Origin: Nannocystis bainbridge
GTDB lineage: Bacteria; Myxococcota_A; Polyangia; Nannocystales; Nannocystaceae
NCBI RefSeq assembly: GCF_028368995.1
Contig: NZ_JAQNDL010000003.1
Coordinates: forward strand, 2,592,001 to 2,656,000
Length of the DNA stretch: 64,000 bases
Direction: 5' to 3'
Shown here: piece after piece, positions 40,055 to 54,390 of the stretch
Layout: every line of letters starts with the position of its first letter
How positions within the stretch are numbered: the stretch's first letter is position 1
Made by a program: the position numbers and the translations under genes
Notes under the pieces: model-generated
Databases searched by the model: none
What the model was told of the DNA's origin: nothing
What the model saw: only the letters and a program-made list of their open reading frames with translations

Positions 40055-40591
40055 ATGCGCAAAGCATCGATCATCACCGCTTCTCTCCTCGCGCTCGTCG
40101 GCACGCTCGCCGTCGCCGCCCCGCCGATGTTCAAGGCCGCCACCACCTTCAACGACGACGGCCTCACCTTGACCGTCGCGGGCAGCCTGTCGGGCCTCCC
40201 GAGCGGCGACCTCGAGTTCAAGCTGTCGGCCACCGGCACCGAGACCGTGGTGTGCGGCGTCCCGGGCGTCGTCGACCCGCCGCCGGCCGAGGTGGTGCTG
40301 GCCGGCTCCAAGGTGGTGACGGTCCCGGCGAACGGAGGCGTGGGCGGCACGTTCGCCGACCTCGCGTCCCTGGCCCCGGCGGCCCCGGCGTGCCCGCAGG
40401 CCGACGGCGAGGCGATCGCGGCCCAGCACGACATCGCGTTCACCAAGGCGTCGATCGAGATCCGCCCGGTCCAGCTCGACCCGGCGCTGCCCCCCGCGAA
40501 GACCGTGCGGTGCATCCAGTGCACCTTCAAGGCCCCCACGATCGACGGCCCGGCCAAGCCGCAGCAGTGCTTGACCCTGTCCGCGTGCTGA
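40055..40591 (+). CDS. Secreted hypothetical protein
   Basis: Signal peptide and a GAGGA RBS. Confidence 0.7.
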   Translation: MRKASIITASLLALVGTLAVAAPPMFKAATTFNDDGLTLTVAGSLSGLPSGDLEFKLSATGTETVVCGVPGVVDPPPAEVVLAGSKVVTVPANGGVGGTFADLASLAPAAPACPQADGEAIAAQHDIAFTKASIEIRPVQLDPALPPAKTVRCIQCTFKAPTIDGPAKPQQCLTLSAC

Positions 40592-40604
40592 CGAACCGGG
40601 CGGC

Positions 40605-40816
40605 ATCCTCTTCGGACATGTTTTACGAGACATGTCCGATCGCGCACGCTGCGATCGCCACGATGCCGCGCGGTCAGGCTACGCCTCGACCTCCGGGACC
40701 TGCTCGACGGCCGCGGTCGCGACCCGTCAGGCCTTCGTCTCGACATGTCTCTCGAGACATGCCCAATCGCGCATGCCCTTCAGGACATGCCCGTCAGAGC
40801 ATGTCCGTCGGGCCAT
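40605..40816. repeat. Two chains of 14-bp TGTC-N6-GACA variants in a convergent spacer
   Basis: GGACA|TGTTTTACGAGACA|TGTC, and five consecutive 14-bp units starting at 40746. Confidence 0.8.
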
Positions 40817-40823
40817 CTGCGTC

Positions 40824-42194
<1,371 letters not shown>

Positions 42195-42427
42195 GGAGAG
42201 GTTCTCAGCGGCCCGCTGAGGGCCATGTCTTCGCCCGGGCGGTGCGATGCGACCGCGAGTCCAGGCCCGGAGGCCGATATGCTCGGCTCGCCAGACTCGC
42301 GGGGGTCGGCGCCAATCAAGGCGCAGGCCGAGGCGCAGGCGACCTCGCGCCGCGGACGAAAGACGCGCGGACGGGTACCATGCCTCGGCGGCCGACGCAA
42401 CGACGCGGCCAGACGGTCGCGTCGAGC

Positions 42428-42892
42428 TCAGCGACGCTCGGTGGCGATGTTGACCACGATCGAGGAGCCCTTGAGGTCGGCGCCGTTCAGCGCCTCGATG
42501 ACCCGGGGGGCGTCCTTGCGATTGCCCATGGTGACAAAGCCGAACCCGCGCGAAGCGCCGGTCTCTCGCTCGGTCATGACGACCGCGTCGGCGACCGGGC
42601 CGTAGTTGGCGAATGCATTGCGGAGGTCGCTCGCGGTGGTGCTGCTGCTCAAGCTGCCGACGAACAGGCGCACCGGGATCGTCGCGGCCGAGCGCTCCTG
42701 GCCCGGATTCTCGATCGCCCGCATCGCATCCTCGATCGAGGGGAGCGAGCCCGTGAGGTCCTCGGCGGTAGCGACAGGGATCTCCCGCGGACCGCGCTCG
42801 CGGCGGGCCTCGCGGGCCTGCGCCTTCTCTTGCTGCTTCTTGGCTTTATTGGCCTCGCGGGATCGCTTCCCGGAAGAGTAGTAGTTGCTCAC
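42428..42892 (-). CDS. RRM RNA-binding protein with basic N-terminal extension
   Basis: RNP2 LFVGSL and RNP1 RGFGFVTM, with GGGAGA before the GTG start. Confidence 0.88.
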   Translation of the reverse strand: MSNYYSSGKRSREANKAKKQQEKAQAREARRERGPREIPVATAEDLTGSLPSIEDAMRAIENPGQERSAATIPVRLFVGSLSSSTTASDLRNAFANYGPVADAVVMTERETGASRGFGFVTMGNRKDAPRVIEALNGADLKGSSIVVNIATERR

Positions 42893-43131
42893 GTCTGGTC
42901 TCCCTGGTGAAGGTCGCGCGCGTGACAGCGGGAAGTGTGATATTTGTTCAAATGCGTCTCGAGGGTTGTCGGCGAACGATCGCCCGGGTCCGTGCAGCTT
43001 ACGGCAAAAACCGCCGCGGCGCCGCACCCTTCTCGCCGGCACAGGCGCCGGTCCGCATACCACGGCCGCCCTGCCCTTGTGACGGGCGTTTGCGGCGCCT
43101 GCGTTCGCTTGCGCACACGCCGGCCTTGCGC

Positions 43132-43794
43132 TCACGCGGGGCCGCGGTCCAGCGGGAACACGGCCACGGTGCACAGCCGGTTGCCGAGGCGGTCGCCGAT
43201 CGCCACGGACCGCTGCTCACGAGGCATCAGCCGCAGCCCGCGCAGGCTGGCGGCGGACGACCATACGCCGAGATCGTGCACGGCGACCTCGGCGTCGCCG
43301 GTGAACAGCACCAGCACGGCGGCGCCGTGGCGGATGTGCGGGTCGGCGGCCAGCTTGTCGATGTCCTTCCAGACAGGTCGCTGGAGGGCGCTGGCGTAGG
43401 CGCGGTTGGGCCCGCGCTCGTTGTGCTGGGCGACGACCTTGACCTCGAGCCAGGCGGCGTCGACCAGCTCGACCGCGTCGGTCGGGGCGAACAGCCCGAC
43501 CTGCGCCGCGGGGTCGACCAGCGGCCTGCCACCTGGCGTGACGACCATGTCGCAACGGACACCCTCGGAGCGGCGCCGCAGGATCCGGTCGCGCGGGAAC
43601 CTGACCTCGGCCGTCACGCCGTAGCCGGCCCCCCGCAGGCCCTCGCGCAGGACCGGGTGCAGCTCGAGCTCGCTGCGGGCGTCGAGGCCCCGGACCGCCT
43701 GCTCGAGCTCGACCTCGGCCGACGCGGCCCCGAGCCCCGCCACCAGGGCGTCGGCGAGGTCGTCCCAGCGCCAGTCGATCGCGGTCGTGTTCAC
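43132..43794 (-). CDS. Hypothetical protein, possible PD-(D/E)XK fold
   Basis: E...AEVRFP...RCDMVV...WLEVK...DIDKL pattern. Confidence 0.6.
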   Translation of the reverse strand: MNTTAIDWRWDDLADALVAGLGAASAEVELEQAVRGLDARSELELHPVLREGLRGAGYGVTAEVRFPRDRILRRRSEGVRCDMVVTPGGRPLVDPAAQVGLFAPTDAVELVDAAWLEVKVVAQHNERGPNRAYASALQRPVWKDIDKLAADPHIRHGAAVLVLFTGDAEVAVHDLGVWSSAASLRGLRLMPREQRSVAIGDRLGNRLCTVAVFPLDRGPA

Positions 43795-44086
43795 GGCGGG
43801 CGAGCTTAGCGCTCGCCCTCCGCCGCGCCCGCACCCGCCCGCAGCGCCGCGACGGACGCGAAGATTCGCCGCCCTCGCCCCGCCGCCGAGGTCTGACTCA
43901 CACGCCGCGGCGCTCGCGTCGCAGGGCCGCGCGGCGCCTCGCCATCAACCTGTCTCTTCAGACATCTCACCGCCTCGCTGCGGTCGTCGGCTCGTTCGTC
44001 GTCAGCGACGGCTGTGCGGAGCGCGCGCTTGCGGCTCGCGACGGCCCTCGGCTATGCCTCGCGCTCCCCGACAGGAAGGTCCCCCC

Positions 44087-45094
44087 ATGTCTCTGCTCTC
44101 CCCGGGCGCCCTGCTCCGCTACGAGATGGCCGACTTCGACGCCTCCGACAATTACGAATTCCAGATCCTCGAGACCGACGATCAACTCGTGCTGTCGAGC
44201 GCCTTCGAAGAAGGCGAGCCGGAGGCCGTGATCGCCTTCTCGAACGAGAGCCTGACGGACAGCCGCACCATCGCCGTGCTGTCGCAAGGGTCGTGGCTGT
44301 CCGCCGCGCTCGAAGAGCCGACCCGCGACGACGAGTGTGACCGCCTCGACGCCGACCTGCCGCCGTTCCTGCTCAGCCGCACGCAGCTGATGGAGCTGCG
44401 GGCCGGGGCCACGCGGCTGCGGCGGGAGTGGGCGCCCCCCGGCAGCCAGCCGGGGCAGCTGACGCTGAAGGAGCGGGTGGTCGTCGAGGTCGAGATCGAC
44501 GACGAGCCGCAGGAGTTCACGGCGCTGGTGGCCGCCGGCGACGGGGTCGAGGTGACCGTGATCGACGACGAGGCGTGGCCGCTGGTGGTCGAGCGCATCG
44601 AGGGCGACAACTTCTGGCGCCTGCTCGCGCTCGACCACGGCGAGCTCGGCGACGGCGAGAACGACGACGACGACGACCTGCCGCCGCCCGAGCCCGCCGG
44701 CCCGCTCGCGGCCACCGGCCAGATCGGCAGCGACGCGTTCGTGGCCCTGTGCCAGCGCCTCGGCGTCAGCGGCATGGACATGGACTACCAGGGCTCGCGC
44801 TTCTCGCTGCTCGACGCCGAGCGCAAGATCGTCATCTCCGCCGAGTACAAGATCGTCCTGGTCGCCATGCCCGGCGGGGTGCTTCGCCGCGCTCACGTGT
44901 TCGATCGCTACATCCCCGACCAGGTGCTGGGCCCGCTCACCAGTGACGACCCCGTCGAACAACCCGGCACCCTGAAGGACGGCCTCGCCGCCGCCGAGAA
45001 GCTGGCCGAACGCGCCGGCGCCGACGTGCTCTACCCCGACGCCCTCGGCCCGATGTACATCGCCCTCTTCAACGTCCGCGCCCTCGCGGACTGA
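44087..45094 (+). CDS. Acidic hypothetical protein
   Basis: Long GC3-biased ORF with AGGAAGG upstream. Confidence 0.7.
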   Translation: MSLLSPGALLRYEMADFDASDNYEFQILETDDQLVLSSAFEEGEPEAVIAFSNESLTDSRTIAVLSQGSWLSAALEEPTRDDECDRLDADLPPFLLSRTQLMELRAGATRLRREWAPPGSQPGQLTLKERVVVEVEIDDEPQEFTALVAAGDGVEVTVIDDEAWPLVVERIEGDNFWRLLALDHGELGDGENDDDDDLPPPEPAGPLAATGQIGSDAFVALCQRLGVSGMDMDYQGSRFSLLDAERKIVISAEYKIVLVAMPGGVLRRAHVFDRYIPDQVLGPLTSDDPVEQPGTLKDGLAAAEKLAERAGADVLYPDALGPMYIALFNVRALAD

Positions 45095-45154
45095 TCCGAC
45101 CTGCCTCGCGCTCGGCGTCCTCGCAACGCGAGGCGCCGGCGCAGCCTGCGTCTT

Positions 45155-45306
45155 CGCGGCCTGTGTCTTCGCTGCCGAGGCATCGACGCTCGCGGCCTGC
45201 GTCTCCGCTGCCCGAGGCGTCGATGCTCGCGGCCCGCGTCTTCGCTGCCCGAGGCGTCGACGCTCGCGGCCTGCGTCTTCGCTGCCCGAGGCGTCGACGC
45301 TCGCGG
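45155..45306. repeat. Four ~37-bp near-identical tandem repeats
   Basis: Unit CGCGGCCTGCGTCTTCGCTGCCCGAGGCGTCGACGCT, with no spacers. Confidence 0.9.
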
Positions 45307-45433
45307 CGACCTCGAGGTCGTCCTCGCAGCGCGAGGTCCCGACCTCCGCGGCGCGTCTCGGGCGACGCAGCAGGACCGGCCGCTGCGCCGCCGCTGACCG
45401 GCCGCGGCGGCCGCGTGTATAGTCGCCGCCTTC

Positions 45434-47371
45434 GTGGCCGACGCGCGACCTCTGAGCCCCGCCGCCGCGGTCGTCTTCGCCTGGGCCGGGCTCGCGCTCG
45501 TCAACGCCGGCTGCATCGCCGCCCGCGCTTTGCCCAATGGCGGCCCGCGGGTGCGCGCGCTGAACCATTTGTTCGACGCCGGCCAGCTGCTGTTCCTCGG
45601 CCTCGTCGGCGGCCTCGCTACCCTGCTGTGGCAGCGCTTCGCCCCGCCGCGCCGATGGCTCGCCCCGCTGGTCCTGGGCCTCGCCACCGGGCTCCTCGGT
45701 TGGGCGATGCTCGCCCCCGACCTCGACAACTTCACCTTGCGCCTCGCCGGTCGCGAGCGCGCCGCGGCCCTCGCCGTCCTCCTGGCCGTCGTACTCGCCC
45801 AGGCCGTGCCCGTCGCCTACCTCGCGGGCCGGCGAATGGCCCGACCTCGCATTCGCTGGTTCGCCGTCGCGGTCGCGGCCATCGCCGCGATTCTAAACAC
45901 CCGCATCCTGCCGCTCGACTATCCGGGCGTGCACGTTTTCCTAGCGATGGCCGCGAGCACCCTCGCCGCCGCCGCGCTCACCGGCATGCTCCCGCGCTGG
46001 CGGCTCCGCCCCGCGTCACGCCGGGTCGCCCTCGCCGTCGTCACCACCCTCGCCGTCGTCACGGTGGTCACCGATCCAGGCAACGCGGCCCGCGTCGAGC
46101 TGACGCGCCTCGACTCCGCCCCCCTCGCCGCGCACGTGCCCCCGTGGCGCGTGACGATCGATGATTCGCAGTACAAGCACATAACGATCCCGCCCGAGCT
46201 CGCCCCGTCGTTCGCCTCGCGCCAGGACGCCCCGCCGATCGCCGCGACCGAGCCGCCGCTCCTGCCGCCCGACGCGATCGTGCTGTTCTTCACCCTCGAC
46301 TCGATGCGCGCCGAGGTGCTGCAAAACCCGACCAACCGCGAGCTGCTGCCGACGCTGCACCGCTGGCGCGACGCCGGCTTCTCCGTCCCGCGGGCCATCA
46401 GCCCCTCGACGGTCACGCGCTTCACCCTCGCCAGCCTGTTCACCGGCGTCGATGTCCCGCAGCTGCGGTGGGCCCGCGACAGCGCCACCCAGGGCTCGCT
46501 CGTCAAGGAGGATCGGCCGCGCATCGCCGATCTGCTGACCGCGCGCGGGGTCACCACGGTGCACGTCCTCAGTCAGTTCGAGCTGGTCAATCATATCAAT
46601 AAAATCGGTCGCGGCTTCTCGGAGGAGATCGAAGCGACGATCCACGCCGGCGACAAATTGGCCTACGCGCCCGCGGTGATGGACGCGATCGTCACGCGCC
46701 TGCGGCAGCACGGCGACGGCCCGCTGTTCCTGTTCGCGCACTTCATGGACGCGCACCACCCGTTCGACTCGGGCGACCGCAAGGGCCGGGCCTACGCGCG
46801 CCACGTGTCCGAGCTCGCCAACATCGACCGCGAGCTGGCCCGCCTCGACGCCTGGCTCGGCGAGGCCGGGCTGTGGCCGCGCACGCTGGTGATCGTCAGC
46901 GCCGACCACGGGCAGGCGTTCGGCCAGCACGGGGTGCAGCACCACGGCGGACCGCCCTACGAGGAGCAGTGCCGGGTGCCGCTCGTCATCACCGGCCCGG
47001 CCGTGCCCGCGCACGAGAGCCCGTGCGACCTGCCGCTGCTCGACCTGTCGCCGACCTTGCTCGACCTGTTCGGCGTCGAGACCCCGGGCCCGTTCGTCGG
47101 CCGCACGCTGGTGCCGGCCCTCCGCGGCGAATCCCCGCAGTGCGAGAGGCCGGTCCTCAGCGCCACGTGGGACGTGTTCGCCCTGCTCCTGCCCGACGGC
47201 CTCAAGGTGATCGACAACCGCCGCAAGCGGACGCTCGAGGTCTACGACCTGAAGGCCGACCCGCGCGAGACGAAGAACCTGTGCGACACGGACCCCGCCG
47301 GCTGCGACGCCCGCGTCGGCCTGCTGCGCCGCTACCTCGAGCTGCAAGGCGCGATCGCGGCGCCGCGCTGA
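45434..47371 (+). CDS. Membrane-anchored sulfatase-like hydrolase/transferase
   Basis: N-terminal TMs, then TLDSMRA, HFMDAHHPF, SADHGQAFGQHG and YDLKADPRE. Confidence 0.8.
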   Translation: MADARPLSPAAAVVFAWAGLALVNAGCIAARALPNGGPRVRALNHLFDAGQLLFLGLVGGLATLLWQRFAPPRRWLAPLVLGLATGLLGWAMLAPDLDNFTLRLAGRERAAALAVLLAVVLAQAVPVAYLAGRRMARPRIRWFAVAVAAIAAILNTRILPLDYPGVHVFLAMAASTLAAAALTGMLPRWRLRPASRRVALAVVTTLAVVTVVTDPGNAARVELTRLDSAPLAAHVPPWRVTIDDSQYKHITIPPELAPSFASRQDAPPIAATEPPLLPPDAIVLFFTLDSMRAEVLQNPTNRELLPTLHRWRDAGFSVPRAISPSTVTRFTLASLFTGVDVPQLRWARDSATQGSLVKEDRPRIADLLTARGVTTVHVLSQFELVNHINKIGRGFSEEIEATIHAGDKLAYAPAVMDAIVTRLRQHGDGPLFLFAHFMDAHHPFDSGDRKGRAYARHVSELANIDRELARLDAWLGEAGLWPRTLVIVSADHGQAFGQHGVQHHGGPPYEEQCRVPLVITGPAVPAHESPCDLPLLDLSPTLLDLFGVETPGPFVGRTLVPALRGESPQCERPVLSATWDVFALLLPDGLKVIDNRRKRTLEVYDLKADPRETKNLCDTDPAGCDARVGLLRRYLELQGAIAAPR

Positions 47372-47386
47372 GTCGCCGCTTGCACA

Positions 47387-47575
47387 TGTCCGATGGGACA
47401 TGTCATCGCGGCTCTCCACGCGCGATGACGCCTGTCCTCGGGGACATGCCATTCGCCGGCGAGCCCAGGCACCCCGGCCCGACGGGCCATGTCATCGCGG
47501 CTCTCCAAGTTCGATGACGCCGATCCTCGGGGACATGTCACTCGCCAGCGATCCCCGGCGCCCCGGCCGAGCCCG
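47387..47575. repeat. Two ~89-bp direct repeats with internal hairpin and TGTC-N6-GACA
   Basis: CATGTCATCGCGGCTCTCCA..CGATGACGCC..TCCTCGGGGACATG occurs twice. Confidence 0.75.
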
Positions 47576-47618
47576 CCGCTTCGTCCTTACGAAATCGCGC
47601 CGACCCGTCGCAAGACCC

Positions 47619-47677
47619 TTGACAGGCGGCTCTACGCCTTTTATTTAACCAAAAGGTTCGGTAACCGAACGGTTCAC
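47619..47677 (+). promoter_or_regulatory. Sigma70 promoter and ArsR operator candidates
   Basis: TTGACA-17 bp-TATTTA, followed by the palindromes AACCAAAAGGTT and AACCGAACGGTT. Confidence 0.7.
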
Positions 47678-47684
47678 CACTAAC

Positions 47685-48035
47685 ATGCCGGCCAACGACC
47701 TCGACGCCACCTTCGCCGCCCTCGCCGACCCCACCCGGCGGGCGATCCTCGCTCGACTCGCGCACGGGGAGGCCTCCGTGTCGGAGCTGGCGGCCCCGTT
47801 CGCCATGAGCCTGCCTGCCATCTCGAAGCATCTGCGCGTGCTGCAGCGCGCGGGGCTCATCAGCCGCGGGCGCAACGCCCAGCAGCGGCCGTGCCGGCTC
47901 GAGGGCGCCCCGCTACGCGCGGTGGCAGCCTTCACCGAGCACTACCGCCAATTCTGGGACGAGAGCTTCGACCGCCTCGACGATTACCTGCGCGAGCTCC
48001 AGGGCGACGACGAGAAGCCGCGACGCAAGCACTGA
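47685..48035 (+). CDS. ArsR/SmtB-family regulator
   Basis: FAALADPTRRAIL...SLPAISKHLRVL. Confidence 0.92.
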   Translation: MPANDLDATFAALADPTRRAILARLAHGEASVSELAAPFAMSLPAISKHLRVLQRAGLISRGRNAQQRPCRLEGAPLRAVAAFTEHYRQFWDESFDRLDDYLRELQGDDEKPRRKH

Positions 48036-48208
48036 CCGTCGACCTCTCCTGCGCGCGCCCCCGGGCGCGCGAGCACCCGTACCGCACCGGTCGCGTGGCT
48101 TCGCCGCGCCCACGGCTCGGACGAGCACGCCACGCCCGCGCCCATTCCCCATATGACCGTCTGACGATTGTCCCCCCATTGCACGGATCGCACCGACCAG
48201 GAGAACGC

Positions 48209-49162
48209 ATGACCGCAACGACCTCCCATCCCTTCGAGACTGCCGGCGACCGCGAGCTGGTGATCACCCGCGTGTACGCAGCCCCGCGCGAGCTGGTGTT
48301 CAAGACCTGGACCGAGCCCCAGCACGTCGTGCGCTGGTGGGGCCCGCGCGGCTGCACCACCACGATCCAGGAGATGGACGTGCGCCCCGGCGGCGTGTGG
48401 CGCTACGTGATGCGCACGGCCGACGGCACCGACTGGACCAACCGGATCCGCTACCGCGAGGTCGTCGTGCCCGAGCGCCTCGTCTACGACCACGGCTCCG
48501 ACGTCGAAGACGACCCGAACGGATTCCACGTGATCACCGAGTTCCACGACCGCGGCCAGCAGACCGAGGTCGTGATGCGCATGCAGTTCGCCTCGGTCGA
48601 GGCGCGCGACCGGGCCGCCGGGTACGCCGGCGCCAATTCGACGTTCGACCGCCTGCACGAGCTGCTGGACGACCTCGCGGTCGAGTTCGTCGTGCGCCGC
48701 GAATTCGCGGCCCCGCGCGAGCTGGTCTACCGCGCCTTCACCGAGGCCGACCGGCTGGCGCGCTGGTGGGGCCCGAAGGGCTTCACGATGCAGACGCGCC
48801 GCCACGACCCCCGCCCCGGGGGGATCTACCACTACTCGATGCGCGCCGCCGACGGCCACGAGATGTGGGGCAAGATGAAGTACGTGGAGCTGACTCCGCC
48901 CGAGCGCCTGGTGTTCGTCAATTCGTTCGCCGACGGCGAGGGCAACATCATCGCGCCGCCGTTCGCCGACGACTGGCCGCAGGAGATCTTGCACACGATC
49001 ACGCTGACGGAACAGGACGGCAAGACGCTCGTGACGCTCCGCGGCCTGCCGATCCACGCGACGCCAGCCCAGCGCGCGACGTTCCTCGCGGGCCACGCTT
49101 CAATGCAAGGCGGCTACGGGTCGAGCCTCGACCAGCTCACCGAGCTGCTCGCGACCGAGTGA
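48209..49162 (+). CDS. Tandem SRPBCC/AHSA1 domain protein
   Basis: Two copies of APRELV...RWWGP...PGG. Classic ArsR partner gene. Confidence 0.88.
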   Translation: MTATTSHPFETAGDRELVITRVYAAPRELVFKTWTEPQHVVRWWGPRGCTTTIQEMDVRPGGVWRYVMRTADGTDWTNRIRYREVVVPERLVYDHGSDVEDDPNGFHVITEFHDRGQQTEVVMRMQFASVEARDRAAGYAGANSTFDRLHELLDDLAVEFVVRREFAAPRELVYRAFTEADRLARWWGPKGFTMQTRRHDPRPGGIYHYSMRAADGHEMWGKMKYVELTPPERLVFVNSFADGEGNIIAPPFADDWPQEILHTITLTEQDGKTLVTLRGLPIHATPAQRATFLAGHASMQGGYGSSLDQLTELLATE

Positions 49163-49303
49163 GTAATCTTCTTGTAAGGACATGTTTTGAAAGACATGTC
49201 CTTACAATCATATTACCGGAATTGCGCCGGATGATAGCCTGAAGACCGACATGTCCCTTGGAGCATGTTCATGAGAGCACCCTCGCAACCGGCGCTCTTG
49301 CCC

Positions 49304-52165
<2,862 letters not shown>

Positions 52166-52328
52166 AGCCTCGCCAGTGTCGCCCTCGCGGCCGTTCGCGA
52201 CAAGGTCCGCGCGTGCGTTCCGCGACCTCGGGCGTTCTCCTGCGAGGAACGCTGTGTCGCAGCGGACGGGCCCGCGAAGTCCGGGGCGAGGGCCCGGCGA
52301 CCTACGCGGACCCTGTTACACTGCTCGC

Positions 52329-54317
52329 GTGAATCCCCCTTCGGTCTTGACGGCGGACCTCCGTGGACGCCAGGTGAGGCGGCGCGCGCTCGCCGTCCTC
52401 CTGTTTATCCTGCTCGGCCTCGGCCTCGCGCTCGGTGACACGGTCGAGCCCGCTGGTCACGTGCTCGACGAGTCGGCGCTCATGCACGCGACCACCGCCT
52501 CGCCACCGCTCGAGGTCGCGGCCCCGCCGACGCTCGAGCAGCTGCAGGCCCGCATCGCCGCCGTGCTGAAGCGCGAGGGCGTGCCCGGCGTCGGCCTCGC
52601 CCTGGTCGACCGCGACGGCGTGCAGTGGGCCGGCGGCGTCGGCCTCGCCGACCGCGACCTCGGCGTCCCCGTCGGCCCCGACACCCAGTTTCGCGTCGCC
52701 TCGATCACCAAGAGCTTCGTCGCGCTCGGCGTCATGCGCCTGGTCGAGCAGGACCGCCTCGACCTCGACCAGCCGCTGCGCGAGCGCATGCCCGACATCG
52801 CGCTGACAAACGACTGGGACGCCTCCTCGCCGATCACCCTCGCGCACGCGCTCGAGCACACCGCCGGCTTCGACGAGATGCGCTTCAACGAGTACTGGAG
52901 CCCCGACGACGGCCCCGCCCCGCGCGACGCCCTCGCCATCAACCCGCACTCGCGCGTCGCTCGCTGGCGGCCGGGCAGCCGCGCGTCGTACTCGAACCCC
53001 GGCTACACGCTCGCCGGTCACGCCATCGAGCTCGCCACCGGCGAATCGTACGAGTCGTTCCTCGAGCGCGAGGTGCTGCGCCCGCTCGGCATGCCGACGG
53101 CCCGCTTTCGTCGCACCCGCGAATACGCCGACCGCCTCGCCACCGGCTATCACGGCATCGAGCGCGCCGCCACCTTCCAGCCGATCTACCACGCCCCGGC
53201 CGGCGCGCTGCTGGCCTCCCCGCGCGAGCTCGGGCAGCTGGTCCACTTCTGGCTGCGCCGCGGCGACCTCGGCGGCCCGGCGATCGTCGGCCCCGAGTCG
53301 CTCGCGCGCATCGAGCGGACCGGCACCCTGGCGTACCTCGGCACCGACACCAATTACGGCCTCGGCAATTACGGCGACGTGCTGCACGCGTCGCGCGGCC
53401 GCGGCCACGACGGCGGCCTGCCGGGCTTCCTCTCGAGCTACCGCTATTTCCCCGAGCTCGGGGTCGGCTACGTCATGCTGCTGAACAGCACGCATTCGCT
53501 GCCGGCATACCTCGAGATCCGCGCGCTGCTGTTCGCCTACCTCACCGGCGGTCGCGCCGTCCCGCCGCCGCCGCCGCCGCTCGCGCCCGACCCGAAGGCG
53601 ATCGCGGCGCTCACCGGCTATTACGGGTACGCCAACCCGCGCGTGCAGCTGTTCGGCTTCCTCGAGCGGGCGATGATCGGCATCTCCGTGCGCCCCGACC
53701 CCGCCGGCGTCGACCTCGAGATGCTGACCGGCGGCCGCGTGCAGATGGTCCCGACCGGTGACGGCGGCTTCCGTCACTGGCGCGAGGGCGGCACCAGCAT
53801 CCGCCTCACCCGCGGCGACGACGACCGGAAGATCCTCTTCGGCGGCCTCGCCTACTTCGAGGAGGGCTCGTACGCGTGGGCCCGCGCGCGCCTGCTGGCG
53901 CTCGCAGCGGCCAACTTCCTGACCCAGCTCGCCCCGCTGTGGGCGCTCGGGTGGGCGCTGTGGGCCGCGTTCCGCCGCCTGCGCGGCCGCGCGATCGCCA
54001 GCGGCGAGTTCGCGCTGCACGCCTGGCCCGCCGCGGCCGGGCTGACGTGGGTCGCGCTGCCGCTGCTGTTCATGCACATGGCCCGCGCCGAGGCCTACAC
54101 CACCGCCAACCCGCTGAGCGTCGGGCTCTGCCTCGGCACCCTGGTGTTCGCCGCCTGCTCGGCCGCCGCTGTGGCCGAGGTCGTGCGCGCCGGGGTGGCG
54201 CGCACGGTGCCGCTGTCCGTGCGGCTGGTCCCGAGCGCCGCCGCGCTCGCCAGCTTCGGCATGACCCTCTACTTGATGTTCCACGGCATCATCGGCGTGC
54301 GCCTGTGGGCGTGGTGA
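52329..54317 (+). CDS. Beta-lactamase-family serine hydrolase with C-terminal TMs
   Basis: SxxK in ASITK, YSN and HDGG. Start is uncertain. Confidence 0.85.
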   Translation: MNPPSVLTADLRGRQVRRRALAVLLFILLGLGLALGDTVEPAGHVLDESALMHATTASPPLEVAAPPTLEQLQARIAAVLKREGVPGVGLALVDRDGVQWAGGVGLADRDLGVPVGPDTQFRVASITKSFVALGVMRLVEQDRLDLDQPLRERMPDIALTNDWDASSPITLAHALEHTAGFDEMRFNEYWSPDDGPAPRDALAINPHSRVARWRPGSRASYSNPGYTLAGHAIELATGESYESFLEREVLRPLGMPTARFRRTREYADRLATGYHGIERAATFQPIYHAPAGALLASPRELGQLVHFWLRRGDLGGPAIVGPESLARIERTGTLAYLGTDTNYGLGNYGDVLHASRGRGHDGGLPGFLSSYRYFPELGVGYVMLLNSTHSLPAYLEIRALLFAYLTGGRAVPPPPPPLAPDPKAIAALTGYYGYANPRVQLFGFLERAMIGISVRPDPAGVDLEMLTGGRVQMVPTGDGGFRHWREGGTSIRLTRGDDDRKILFGGLAYFEEGSYAWARARLLALAAANFLTQLAPLWALGWALWAAFRRLRGRAIASGEFALHAWPAAAGLTWVALPLLFMHMARAEAYTTANPLSVGLCLGTLVFAACSAAAVAEVVRAGVARTVPLSVRLVPSAAALASFGMTLYLMFHGIIGVRLWAW

Positions 54318-54390
54318 CCGCGAACGGCGGCGCGGGCCTGCTCGAGCGAGCAAGCGCCGCGCCGCCGCGGTGGTGACAGTCGGCTGTCGC

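Noticed and set aside
45155-45306. CRISPR array
   Set aside because: The units abut directly, with no unique spacers and no cas genes.
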